A DNA stretch of 64,000 nt. Origin: Podarcis vaucheri (lineage: Eukaryota). Shown in pieces: positions 1 to 12,654 of the stretch (positions within the stretch are counted from its first letter, which is position 1; each line of letters begins with the position of its first letter). The position numbers were made by a program, and so were the translations under genes. The stretch lies in assembly GCA_965113315.1 (NCBI GenBank), contig OZ220366.1, one strand, 5' to 3'. Below the pieces are notes generated by a model. It did not search any database and was not told where the DNA came from. It saw only the letters and a program-made list of their open reading frames with translations.

Positions 1-2605
1 TTCATGCTGGTATTGTTGTCTCTGCAACTTTTGAGATGGAGTTGGCTCAATGCCGGATTTATCCCCAGCCACCTCCACAGAAGGGGAGTGCTCTTCACTG
101 AGGGGGAGTGCATGGGAGCCACCTCTACAGCTTGTGAGATTGCACTTGTGGGGGTTCAGTTTCACAAGAGCAGGATACTCTTCTGGCATCCCATAAGTAC
201 ATTCCTCTAGACCCAGACTCAAACCACTGGGATGCCCAGACTTTTCCTGGGGTCCCAGATTCTCATCTCCCAACCCAATAGGGCCTTTCCCCAAATCAGC
301 CTCCTCCAGTTGTCCAAACCAGGGGTGTAGTATGGGGGAGCTGAGGTGGCTGTCGCCCTGGTCAGGTTTTTTGGGATGTGCATGAAGGCACCCTGCCCCA
401 TCAAGAGCTATTGCATCCTTCTTAGCTGACCTCCACCTGAAGGGTGGCTGAGAAGGATTCAACAGGCTGCACCCTGGTCCCTGCAAGTCCAGTGCTGCTT
501 CTGCAAGTGGCTCTGGGCTGACAGGGAGGGCTCCTTATGCTGTTGTGTCCTTCTCAAGGTGCTGTCCAGCTGGGCAGCACTGGGCGCAGGTGGGGAATGC
601 TCCGCCACTGGTCCAAAGTCCTATTCTTCCTTGTCATCCTTGTCATCCTCTTCAAGATGTGACCTCAGGACACTCAACAGCTTGGGCTCCTTAAGCTGCA
701 CTTCACTGTCTGTGAAATGGGAATTAATGATGATTTTGCTTTCCCCCACCCCACTTTGTTGTGAAGATGAGTGAGATAAAGAAGCATTTTTCACTAAACC
801 TGGCATCTTTAAGAGCAGGGTGGGATAGAAAGCAAAAAGTTGAATAAATAACTTTAAAGATGACTTATAAACATGTATTAAAATAGAGTGTCTCTAAAAG
901 ACAAAAAAATAAGTTCTCGCCCATGGCAACTTCATCAGTGTTGCTTAGCAGCAGCTTTTAAAATAGCTGTATTACTCAGCGGCATCAGCCCACACATAGA
1001 TGTGCTAAATGACACTTTCTGATTTTGCCATATTGCGAAAGAGATAACCAAATGCCTGAAATGCATCTCCGAGTCTTTGCTAGTGGGTTTTGATGTGACA
1101 TGGCTTGGAGGCCCTGTGCTGCAGAACAACATGTGTGCACAGACGGCACTACTCCCTGTGGTGCACAGGGCAATCATTCTGCCGCTTGGCTGGCAGCCAA
1201 GGCTAATGGCTGTGTCAATACGCTAAAGCGCCAGCCTGAACCAGATGCAAAGCCCCTAAAAGCAACAAGCACTGATTTAGAAACTGACCTAGATCATTGT
1301 GGTTCTCGCAGGCCAATCCTGCAGAACTCATTCTGGCCATATCATGGCACTGCTGATAACCAGCCAACTGAAGTATCTCTAATTTCTATAGCCTACTGCA
1401 TATACTTGCTTATTTGAATCCCGGTCGCACAAACCCAGCTTTCATGGTAGTGGTGAAAGACAAGCAAATTTGTATTTTATTTTTGCCTGGACTCTGTAAA
1501 CAACTAGATCACCTTTAATGAGAGCTTTTGATCTGAAGCAGAAGCACGTCAGCTCGTGAAAAGTGTAGCTAGATTATCATGCATCTTTAAATTTGCGGTG
1601 TTCCCAAATGTGTTGTTGACTACCCAGTGTTTTCTCAAATTTGTTACGTGCAAGAAAGAGAAAATTTTATAAATGCCATTTGCAAGTGCATACAACTGAA
1701 TGAACTCTTTAGTTCCTGCATTCCCCACCACCCTGCACTTTTTCATCCTGTAGAGCTCAAGCACATGCAGTACCCATTTGCTGGACTTGCAGGAAGCAGT
1801 GGATTAAGCTTATTTGTGAAGAGAATGGGTACGCTTTGCTTTTGATAACGATAGTCTGTTTACATGGTACCAAATGGGGCACATGCCAGAGAAGAGGTAG
1901 AAAGAGTATTCAAGGAGCTATAGGTAATACTGGAAAGTGGGAAGGTGCAAGGGCTGCACCTCCAGAAATATCTCCATACATATGTGGAGAAGATCATAGC
2001 AATGATTTACCCAGCATTGCTGCTGGCTAAAGCATTGCCTGTATTCCGATGATGGTAACACACTGAAATTATGAGCTGCAAACAAGCACAGGCACACTTG
2101 AGCCAGCCATTCTGATTATGGGCTTTAGAAATGGAGAGAATTGTACAAATACTGAGGGCCAACATCCTTCTAATTGCATCACTACTCATTATGGCATTAA
2201 ATTGCTGTCACATTTGTCTCTGCAGCCACAAAAGCCGGAAAATTCCTCTTCCGAAAGGGGAGGGAGGGAGAGTAAAAATATACCTAGTGTTCTCAAGACT
2301 GTTGGAAGAAAGTGTGTGGGATGAAGTGTGTAGGCTGCTTATGGATTCTTCAGGGGCCTGTAGGCTGTTTAATGGCCAGCCTTGCTCCAAAATGAAAGTG
2401 TTTTGCTTCAGAAAACACATTTCGGTACCTACTTTAGCAGCCCAATCAAAGGCTGAAAAAATGCTGTAATTAATACTCTCTAAGATTTGCCACTGTATAC
2501 TGTTTTTCTGTGAAATGCATTCACTTTGTTTAGTTCCCAGTTTTAACATGCAGAAATGGGGGAAAAGGAAAAAAGAGATTGGCTTTATTGATATCTAAAC
2601 AATAT

Positions 2606-2799
2606 GGAAAGATTGAGGGCACAAGGAGAAGGGGACAACAGAGGACGAGATGGTTGGACAGTGTTCTTGAAGCTACAAACATGAGTCTGACCAAACTGCG
2701 GGAGACAGTGGAAGACAGAAGTGCCTGGCGTGTTCTGGTCCATGGGGTCATAAAGAGTCAGACACGACTAAACGACTAAACAACAACAACAGCAACCAC
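2606..2799 (+). mobile_element. 5'-truncated RTE/BovB LINE 3' end
   Basis: Translates GKIEGTRRRGQQRTRWLDSVLEATNMSLTKLRETVEDRSAWRVLVHGVIKSQTRLND*, which resembles the BovB ORF C-terminus. (CAA)n tail. TSD CAATATGG at 2600-2607 and 2800-2807. Confidence 0.9.
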
Positions 2800-2887
2800 C
2801 AATATGGTGGTTTGGTTAAAGTTTAACCTTGCTAATTTAAAGGTAATGATGAACTGAAAACATAGTTGCGGAATTGCTGGTATATAT

Positions 2888-3025
2888 TGTTGCTGTTGTT
2901 TAGTCGTTTAGTCGTGTCCGACTCTTCATGACCCCATGGACCAGAGCACGCCAGGCACTCCTGTCTTCCACTGTCAAACTCATGCTGGTAGCTTCAAGAA
3001 CATTGTCCAACCATCTCGTCCTCTG
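2888..3025 (-). mobile_element. Second truncated RTE/BovB 3' end, inverted relative to the first
   Basis: Reverse complement of about 2638-2796 with a small internal deletion. (TTG)n tail at left. Own TSD CTGGTATATAT at 2877-2887 and 3023-3033. Confidence 0.9.
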
Positions 3026-3293
3026 GTATATATGTCTCCTGTTAAGTCACTGGTAGGCAACCTGTGGCTCTCTAACTCCTTTGCCATGACCCCCTCCCCA
3101 GTCTGAAAAGTGAGAAGGGAGGGAGGGATAAGGGAAGACAGCAAGACAAAGTGCAACACCCACATTTTGTTTGGCGGCATCATATGGCCTTGTCTCCTTT
3201 CAAGGAACATGCCTACCGCATGTTCAAGTCATTATTGAAACAAGCTTAGCATGTGCACTATGCAACCTAAGGTGTGTTTTAAGAATATATTGG

Positions 3294-3512
3294 CATAAGA
3301 AGAGTCCTGCTGGACTGGGCTCATGACCCATCTAGTGCAGCATCCTGTTCTCGCAGTGGTCAGCCAGATGCTTATGGGAAGCCAACAAGCAGGACTTTAG
3401 CACAACAGCACTCTCTTCACTTGCAGTTACCAGAAACTCGTATTCGGAAGTATACTGCCTTTAACAGCAGCTAATAGCTATTGATAGCCTTATCAAAAAT
3501 GATTTTGTCTAA
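3294..3512 (-). mobile_element. CR1 LINE 3' end fragment
   Basis: CATAAGAAGAG..CTGCTGGA..CCCATCTAG..CAGCATCCTGTTCTC..CAGTGG..CCAGATGC resembles the reverse complement of the squamate CR1 3' UTR. Similar to the copy at 18420-18690 in opposite orientation. Confidence 0.7.
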
Positions 3513-3954
3513 TTTTTGGCAAAAATGCACTTTATTATAGAAATAGCAAGTGGGGCTTTCAAGAGTTCTGTGTCATCTCATGTAAGGATGGAAGCCAATT
3601 CAGAATGCCTCAAGACTGGTTTCAGGTCAAGGAAGGAAAACAACCCTAACTTCACAAAGCTGCAATTAACCTTTTTGTAGAGCATTATATTTCCCAGAGA
3701 CCATGTGCGACAAGTGCAATGACTACTCAATTGAAGAACAGTTGGCATAGCTTTTGAATCATGCAATGCTTCATGCTTTATCTCTGCTGTATCCCCTTTT
3801 ACATGTCAGGAATTAAGAGAGCAGCACTGCCCAGATGTTTATCCCAGTCTTGGATGGAGAATGTGGTCTCTGAATACAGAGGCTCCATTTAGCGAACTTC
3901 AGAACTTCATGCATTTTGGCAGCAATTATCAAAAGGATCTCTCATCCACTTGCG

Positions 3955-3987
3955 CACACACGCACACACACACACACACACACACAC
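3955..3987. repeat. (CA)n microsatellite
   Basis: Directly visible. Confidence 0.95.
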
Positions 3988-5160
3988 CACAGTTGGAGAC
4001 CCCAAGCTTGTTTCTTATGTAGTTATGCAACTCTTTTATGTTGGGATATAAACCTGGATTAATTTTATTGTTTCTGAAATCAGTGGCATCAAATATTGTG
4101 GGTAGTCCTTAATTTTCTCCATTTTTTTGTGGACTTGTGGCTGCCCCAAAGGCAGTGGAGTGGACACACCAAAGAAGTAGAAGCAGAAAGAGTAAATCCA
4201 TTAGTACTGTCGCACAATGCCTAGTGGGAAACTTTTCACAGCTACAGGGCCATACATGTGGTGCATGCACTTCCTTCATTGCAAAGCATGCTATGGCTGG
4301 CACATCTGCCCTCCACTCCTAACTGTTTTCTTTGCCCTTTGGATTTCATGTCATTGCGTTTGCAAGTTTTTTTGCAGTGGCCACATCCATGCACCTCTAG
4401 CCATTGGGACATTAGTAAGGGATTTAAGTTCTAAAAAGTAAAACACGATACATCCAGAAGGGAAGATAATGTGCAAATGGTGGTACAAAAGCTTGTGCAA
4501 ACAGAACAGCATATCTGGATTTCTGTTCACCCACCCCCACCCCCCATTAAATTGAGAAGAGGTTCCATTGTTGCAGGGCACTGTTGGAGCTAAGCACAAT
4601 GCAGATGAAGCTAAACATACCTTTTGAAAGGAAAATGCCTCTTTAAAGGAGAAAGCATCTTTCCCCTTCTACAATATGCATATTAATACTAGTGTCTAAC
4701 TGCTTTGCTAGCTGAATCTGGAAGCCTCATATTTTTTTTTTTTTGGGGGGGGAATAGTCAAGTTGGGAGCAGTTGTTCAATCCAGAAAGAAGCTTAAAGG
4801 ATTAAAAGGAATTAACGTTTTGACATTAGCTAGAAGAGTCTGGGCAATGGACTACTTTCTGTTCAACTGCATGATATTTCTTTGATCAGCATGCTATGAA
4901 GGGCATAATCTATACTAATGGTGAACTCATTCACCAAGTGTGAGTCTTCACATAGTGAAAATGCCGCCCACACACACCCAAGAGGGGATGTACCAGCAGG
5001 CTCAGGCGAACCCCAAGATTCACAGAAGCACAAACAATCCCTAGGAGAAAAATCTGAGGGGATTGAGACTCCGAGGCAGTACAGTGAGGACTGAGCATGC
5101 TCAGTCGCCAAATAACTCTGACAATCGGGCATGAGTATCCTAGAGAACACGTATCCTGGA

Positions 5161-5508
5161 GGGACGCGGGTGGCGCTGTGAGTTAAACCACAGAGCCTAG
5201 GGCTTGCTGATCAGAAGGTCAGCGGTTCGAATCCCCGCGATGGGGTGAGCTCCCGTTGCTCGGTCCCTGCTCCTGCCAACCTAGCAGTTCAAAAGCACAT
5301 CAGAGTGCAAGTAGATAAATAGGTACTGCTCCGGCGGGAAGGTAAATGGTGTTTCCGTGTGCTGCTCTGGTTCGCCAGAAGTGGCTTAGTCATGCTGGCC
5401 ACATGCTGGCTGTACACCGGCTCCCTTGGCCAATAAAGCGAGATGAGCGTCGCAACCCCAGAGCCGTCCGCGACTGGACCTAATGGTCAGGAGTCCCTTT
5501 ACCTTTAC
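5161..5508 (+). mobile_element. Full-length Sauria SINE (lacertid type)
   Basis: GGGACGCGGGTGGCGCTGTG head with pol III A box and B box (GGTTCGAATCC), BovB-related 3' part, (ACCTTT)n tail, TSD CCTGGA at 5155-5160 and 5509-5514. Closely similar to 27138-27493. Confidence 0.92.
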
Positions 5509-7364
5509 CCTGGAAATCTGTCTAGCTAACTGGCTGACATATTGAATTACAGCATTCCACACTGAAACATTTTATTGCAGATCATATTTGTAGTGGTTTA
5601 AGTTGGAACCCAAGGAAACAATAAATATCTGCTCCCTCCCCCTGCCTCCACAAGAAGGCTGTTCATTCATCAATCCATTCATAATGTGAAATGACTTTTC
5701 AATAGTTTCTCAAAGGACTGTGTTTTTGTTGTGATACATCAGCTCACACCTTGGCACGATTTAGTTTCAGATGCCAAAGGGTACAATATAATCCTTGGTC
5801 AAAGCCCACATAAGTGTCATCCCTTCAGCCCTGAAATTATGGCATTAGAAACTCCTACCATATCTTAGCAAACAGTGGCTGTTGCTCACTTTCTATTTTG
5901 AATGTTGAATGCAATCTTTTCTTCCTCCCCCCCCCCCCCGTTCTAAAAATGAATTTAAGCAAGGAAAGGGAAACCTATTGAGAAAGCATTGACGTTTGTT
6001 CTCTGAACAGACTATAAATAGCACAACTCATAGGCATATCTCTTCATGTTGCTTTGTGTGAACTCTTTATGTTAAAGGCTATAGCCGGAATCATATGATA
6101 TGTCCTGGAGGAAACCTTAAAATAAGCATGCAGAATTGCACATGCATAATTAGCCATGTTGTGCTGCTATGGAACATCTGTTCTTTTCAGCAGAATTTTG
6201 CAAAAGAGACATTTCCAATTTATTGTGTCCAAAAAGTGCACCTCAGTTACATTTATTTTTAATTATTTGAGGGCCAAATCAACTGTTAAAAATTATTTGC
6301 TGCATTTGTATCTCATTATTTTCCCCAAGGACCCTAGAGTGACATTCTTCTATCATAACAACATTCTCTGGTCAATGCAGCACAAAACTGCTACTCCTTT
6401 GTAATGGCATAAATTAGATAAGTTCCTTGGATTTTAAATCATTTTGTTCTGCTGGATGAACTACATTTTTAATGGCCATTCATTTTGGGTGCTATAATCA
6501 AATCTTTTTCATTCATTTTTGAAAGTTGGTAAAGGCACTTCCTAAACCAAACCTTATACAGCAGTTCCAGCAGGTGTATTCATTTTTTGTTTTGTTTTTT
6601 ACCCACTATGTCCTGATTTTTTAAACACCTTGCTTTAACACAATTCTGTTAAAGCAATTTTGCTTTATCAATATCCTATTTGCTGCTTGCTAGCACCCAA
6701 AGAATGAATTTTCTTTCACATACTATTATTCATTTGATATCTCAAGATATAAATATATATCTAGTCTATTATATTTCAATATACACCATTATTGTTCTTT
6801 TATCAGCCAATTGTCTTCCTGTACAGATAAACCTTTTCATGAAAATGTCAAATACTGGTAGAAAAAATAGAAGGAAGTACAAAAGTCGGCCTTTCTTCAG
6901 CCAGCTAGAAAATAAAATATTACCTACTTGCAGAAATATTGCATCAGTTTTACACCTGAGTAAGAACTACTGGTCTTTGCTATTGTCTCCTTTTAGGACT
7001 AGCCAGTTCTTTAAATAGTCCAATAGGATCCAAGCCAAATGCTTAGTAGCTGGTTTCTACAGCACTCATAAAAGAGTTGATATTGTTGTCTTATGACTCT
7101 CAGAAAGTTCACACATCTGTCAACTTGAAAATTGTTCTGTCCTCATGTGAGCAATTATGGGATTGATACATAATCTGAATGTACTGTGGAGCTTACTTAG
7201 TCATTCCCAAAGTTTAAAGGTGAGTGTCAAATTAACATAGCCAAAATGTACTTGTGTGATTAAGAACCCTGATCTTCTATACAAGCTGTGTGATGAGAGG
7301 GGTGGTAACCCATAGTCCTTTTCTCCTTGTTCTGTTCTAAAAGTCTTAATTGTACTTTTCATTA

Positions 7365-7725
7365 GCCTGGTTTGAACATCACTTGAAACCCTAGTTTAAC
7401 TATGGTTTAATGCAAAAGACCAGTGTACAGGTGCACAGTTCTTAAATGTCCCTACCTTGCTTCTCTTCTGCTCCTGGTATAGACGCAAGCAACTAACCCC
7501 AAGCCTTGGCATATCCTGTCATTCAAATCTGGGCTTGTGTTTTGTTTTTCCCAAATAAGCCACAAGCACTAAACATTGACTACCACTCATGACATGTTTG
7601 GTTTGGACAACACAAAAGCCAAGGTTTGTTGCTATTTGTGCAGGGGAGGAGTGAAATGAACACTACTTGTTCACATTAACCATAGTTAAACATTACAGTG
7701 GTTTAATGTGACATGTGAAGCAGGC
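7365..7725. mobile_element. Old palindromic non-autonomous DNA transposon (MITE)
   Basis: Ends GCCTG..CAGGC. GTTTAACTATGGTTTAATG near 7393 mirrors CATTAACCATAGTTAAAC near 7674. Superfamily uncertain. Confidence 0.5.
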
Positions 7726-9053
7726 CACTGATCTTGAGAGAAGGATGTAAGATAGAGACATTACAGCTTGGAAGAGTGTTAAATAATTTTAACTTGCTTA
7801 AATACATAACTGTAAATCTTGGTTAACATGGATGCAAATGTATGGTTTAAAGCTGTTTTCACTTTCCTGTCTGCTCAGCATCCTAAATTCTCTAATCTCA
7901 GTAATACAACAGCATACTGAGGTTTCTCAGTGGTCTGAGAATTCAGAGATAACAGCAAATTAAAGTTAGCACAAGCTTCCCAGTTTTTCAGCCCCCAATA
8001 AACCATGGTTTGTTCAGACCTTAAATCAAATGGTCTGAATTCAGCCAAGCTCCTGCTCAAGCATTTGTTACAAAACTGGGAACCATTGCCCTTCGGCTTA
8101 TGGTTCTTTGGATCCAACCCAAGAACTTTGGAAGTTAGTCTGGAAAGACTATGCAACGCAGTCTGTGTGACAGAACAACTACACAAAACAATTGTCAGTT
8201 TGTTTTTTTTCCAGGGTCCCACTGACTTTTCTTTGTTCCCCAGCAGTAGTTTTGAGGTTATGTGGCTTCCTTTGATTATCTTTTATGCCTCTTTCTACTG
8301 TGATCTTGGTAGGATTTCAGAACACTATATGTAAAAGTAAACTTTCAAGATCAGCATGCTGTGAGAAGGAAAGGGAAGGGTAAAATAACAAAACGTTCAA
8401 ATGTCATCATGTGTGCCTCTGCTTGGCTAATTTGAACTTTAAATGAGACTGGCAATATGAAGTTGCCAATCCCCAAGCATTTAATATGTGACTGTTAATT
8501 TATATTGTAATATTTCAGGATACTGTGATGCTAATAGCAAGTGCAAATGAAGTTTTACATGTAAACAACATGCATAATTATGTGTTTTGTCTATCCTCAG
8601 TGCAGGGCTTTTAAGATTAATTGCGTGTCTCGGTTTGGATAATATGGTGACAAATTGGGTTTGCTACATGTGTAAGACTTACTGCAACTATGAGAACAGA
8701 TGTATTTCAAGAGGTCCACAGATTATCCATAGGAAGGTGAAATTCATGCCTAATGCAAAATGTTTCTCAACAACTAGTAAGACTGGCCTTCTGCATTTTA
8801 GCAATGTAACAGAAATTGTAGCTACCATTTTACATTTACAGAAGTACATGAGATTTGACATTATTGAATACACAAGTATCTGATTGTTGAGTTTTATCGT
8901 ATAAATGATTAAAATGAAATTGTCTAAAGTGGCCATTGGCTACTGAGTGTTCTGATTAAAAGGAAAGGAAACAAAGTGAGTCTGGGCCGAAGAGCAACAG
9001 CCCTTTTCCCAGCCCTCGTCCCACCCCCCACCCCCAGCCATTGTCCTGCTAAG

Positions 9054-9105
9054 ATGGGGGTGGACCGACGGCCACCCTGCAGCAAGGTGGGTTGCACCTG
9101 GCCAG
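9054..9105 (+). CDS. Candidate alternative first coding exon of GPM6B (MGVDRRPPCSKVGCTWP-G), unverified
   Basis: Strong Kozak AAGATGG; 52 nt ending in phase 1 at CAG|GTGAGC, the phase needed for GPM6B exon 2. GC-rich, promoter-like surroundings. No homology recognised. Confidence 0.3.
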
Positions 9106-9920
9106 GTGAGCCCACGTGGTGTCACAACCCCTGCCCACCTCTTGGAGGGGGTGAGCAGAAATTGTGGACTCTGCACTACTTACGCCTCTCTCTGCCTCCT
9201 CTAGTAACCAGATGAAGAGCTCATTCTAGGACTTTGTGGAAGAAAGTGTTAGGTGCACCTGGTTGCTAGGAGAGCAGAACAACCTCCTGAGCATCCTAAA
9301 CACTGTCTTGGGACAAGAAGCAAAGTGCCAATATATCAGCCCAATACAGTACATAAGGTATTCCGTTCCTTCCACTGATTTTCATGGGGTTTTCTTAGAG
9401 AGGAATAACATGTTGATTTCCTTCCCAATGAGCCTTTAAAGCACACTTCGTGCAGTCTCACACTCTTTATGTTCACGGACTTCTTTTAAGACCAAAGAAC
9501 AGCAGTGCACCCTGCCAAGTGAAATGTCGTTTCTTAGTCACATAAGGAGATGCGCCAATTGTTTTCTTGAACTGGAATGCTGTACTCTGATAAAGATGAG
9601 AATCCTTAGTTTGGGAACTCAGCATACGAAACCATATGTCATATGGATGCATCTGACCTAAGGTAACATTAGCTGTTTCCTATATAACGCCTTACAAGGA
9701 CTTAATGGCGCTACTTTGATGGACTGATAGGGGGCTTAATCCTTGGGAAATTATTGTTGTGGTTGCAGAGTCATAAACTCAAGGCCAATGTTGGGATGCA
9801 GGGTCAATGCACTCCCTCCTTTTTTTTCTTTCAAGAAAGCCTTATGTTAAATATCCACCCACAGTTTGCAATATCTTCCCTTCACACGATCAACTTGCAT
9901 GCTTAGACGGCAAGTAAGTA

Positions 9921-10374
9921 CCGTATTTTTCGCCCTATAGGACGCACCATCCCATAAGGCACACCTAGTTTTTTGGGGGGGAAATAAAGGGGGAAAATTT
10001 TTATTTCCTCCCCAGGCGCAGGGCTGGGACGGGGGAACCCCGAGCTTCCCCTGACCCCAGCCCCCAGAACAGGCAACTCTCCGCAAGCCGTGGGAGCCCG
10101 GCACCGGGCTCCCACGCCTTGCGGAGAGCTGCGCGAAGTCTGGGCACGCTGAGCTCATGCAGGCAACTCTCTGCAAGCCTTGGGAGCCCGGCACGGGCTC
10201 TCACGGTTTATGGAGATCTGCGCGAAGCCTGGAGAGTGAGAGGGGTCGTTGCGCACCGACCCCTCTCACTCTCCAGGCTTCAACGAAAGCCTGCATTCGC
10301 CCCATAGGACGCACACACATTTCCCCTTCATTTTTGGAGGGGGGAAAGTGCGTCCTATGGGGCGAAAAATATGG
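9921..10374. mobile_element. Tc1/mariner (Tc2/pogo-like) MITE
   Basis: TIRs CCGTATTTTTCGCCCTATAGGACGCAC and GTGCGTCCTATGGGGCGAAAAATATGG. TA TSD at 9919-9920 and 10375-10376. GC-rich internal hairpins. Confidence 0.9.
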
Positions 10375-10389
10375 TAAACTGTAAGATTT

Positions 10390-10600
10390 GTGTCCAAAGT
10401 AGCACTACGTCATTGGTTCTGCTTGTGCAATAGAACTGCTTCCTCTCTACCCCTCCTAAATCTGTTTTGGGGGTTCCCCTAACTTTCCAGAGCCTATTGG
10501 GGGGGGGATAGGGCATGCACAGTGGGGGGGTGAGAGGGGAAGAATTCCATTGCACAAGCACATATCATTTTGGTAATGGAATGGAGGCATTGGATTCCAC
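10390..10600. mobile_element. Degenerate palindromic repeat (related pieces near 4490-4580 and 11790-11955)
   Basis: TGCTTGTGCAATAGAA..TTCC mirrored by GGAA..TTCCATTGCACAAGCA. A similar motif pair recurs in the other copies. Confidence 0.45.
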
Positions 10601-12245
10601 CCCCAACCTTCTCAGTACTGGCACCTCAGTTAATATATCTCCTCTCAGATATGGCTAGTGGCAACTTTGAGATTTCAGCACCTGCTGAAGTCTCATTTAT
10701 TCATTGAGGCATTTGGAGGAGGCTGCTGGGTTGTTAATCTTGTTGATTTTAGATTGTTCTGTTACTTGTTGTAATATGTATTTTGTGTTGCTTTTAATGT
10801 AGCCCACTCTGGGATTGTCTTGGCAACAAAGAGTGGGTAAGAAATACTATGTTTCAAGACCTGTCAGAATTTTAAATACAGGGTATATGTACAGCTAGAG
10901 CAATCCTCTTAAGTGGAAAAACCTTGGTGGAAGTGCAAACCAGCAGAATAGCAGAGTCAAGAAGCCTGTGAAGACAATTTAGATGCATGGTCCAAAGAGA
11001 CGAAAGGAACTTAGGAATTGAAATGGTTTAGAATGTCAGCAAGCTGGGATATGCAGACACTGTTGAATACAATGATCTGTCTTTGCCCGCACAATACAAA
11101 AGGACAGAGGACTTTCTCTGGGCTTTCTCCTAGGAGTGCTGTGTGTGAGAGGACTGTCATACCAAGAGGCCTATGTTGCGGAGAATCGTATGTGCAGATC
11201 ATGTTAACTGAAGCTTTTACATATTCATTGACAGTGTTTAACTGACAAGACTTTTTTTAATATACTTGCAACCAGCTTTTACTGATATGTTTGACATTTA
11301 AAAATGGTTTTCCTGTGTTTTTTAGATTGTGTACTGCCTCGTGATGATGTTTTATAATGAATTCGAGGTTCATGAATATTTATTCACAGCTTCCTTTCTT
11401 GGATCATTCATTGGGGTTTAGTCCTTTAGCCTTTATTTTTGCCACCTGTGGTATGCAATGAATACAGCAAAATGATATTGATCTTTGGTCAAATCTCCTT
11501 CTATCTGAAATGGTCCTTTTTTCCCATGGACCAGCAACCATGCAACTTTGGGTGGGGTAAGGGTACATATACAGTATGGTTGGGGCGGAGGGAAGGATCA
11601 CTCTCCAAGCCAACCAGTCCAGCTGAATCGACTCTGGCAATGTCATAGCAGTATGGCAAAATGACATCAACACTAGCCTACCCAATGCAAGACTTGTCAA
11701 CATCATTCTAGGCATATGGCTGTAAGACAGCATGAGAACACTTTGAAAATTGCCGTGCAAGACCAACCCCAAAGAACACATACTGAGGGTTGTATTCTGC
11801 ATAGCGCTATGTGAATGTTCTCTCAGTACAAGGGATTTCTGCTGCTGCAATAGAATGTTCCTTCCTCTTCTACCTGCATGTGCTGTGAAGAAGGGGGGAA
11901 GTCCATTCGCACAAATGGAAACCCTTGGATTGAGAGGACGTGTTAGTTGAATACTGCCTATTATCTGAAGGGGTTCCCTCTCCCCGCTCTAGGCACTTAT
12001 GAGGGGCATGATGATGGTGATAGACATCTCTTGTTGCTTATCCCTTGCATGTGACACCTGCATAGCAGGGAGTTTTTGCTAGTTGTCTCTAACAAGGTAC
12101 TACTGCCCATCCAGACTTCTTTGGCTGCCACTTTGGTTGGGTTTTATGAGCCTGCCTGGTTGTTTATTGTGTAGGCTGGCTTCTGGGTGAGGCAGTGCAA
12201 AAGCCAGGGACCCAAGTTAAACCAAACCACCCATCCAGCCCCAAG

Positions 12246-12335
12246 CATAGCTGTCAACTTTCCCCTTTTTAAAAAGGAAATTTCCTTATTCCCAATAGGA
12301 TTCCTCGCAAGAAAAGGGAAAAGTTGACAGCTATG
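12246..12335. mobile_element. 90-bp hAT-type MITE
   Basis: TIRs CATAGCTGTCAACTTT and AAAGTTGACAGCTATG. Perfect 8-bp TSD GCCCCAAG at 12238-12245 and 12336-12343. Confidence 0.9.
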
Positions 12336-12654
12336 GCCCCAAGTGACATCTGTGCACCGAGAGCAGCAGCAACTGTTTCTGCATTGGTTTGCTAGAGGAC
12401 ACAAAGTAGATCCAGCACCCCTCCCATTGCCTTGATACTATTGCAGTGCCAATTTAAAAGTCAGGGACAGGCTGGTGTGTCCCCCCACCTCAAAAAACCC
12501 ACTGGATAAAATATTTTCAAAGTTTTTGCTACATTTATATCCCACATTTCTTCCAGAGTGGTATTTGAATCATCACTAGGAGTCCTTCACTCCATGCACT
12601 GACCAGACCTAGACCTGCTTGGCTTCTGCAGGTGGAGGTTACCTGTGCCTGGAA

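Noticed and set aside
1-830. Moderately GC-rich stretch with a short acidic ORF (621-806, - strand)
   Set aside because: No recognisable homology or consistent splice structure. Possibly a decayed repeat, but unassignable by eye.
1825-1834. ATGG|GTACGC as the distal Met-only first exon of GPM6B
   Set aside because: Weak donor and no promoter or CpG-island context. The distal exon is probably upstream of this window.
5161-5240. tRNA-like A and B boxes (also at 27138 and 20062)
   Set aside because: These are SINE heads with tails (and TSDs for the Sauria copies), not cloverleaf tRNA genes.
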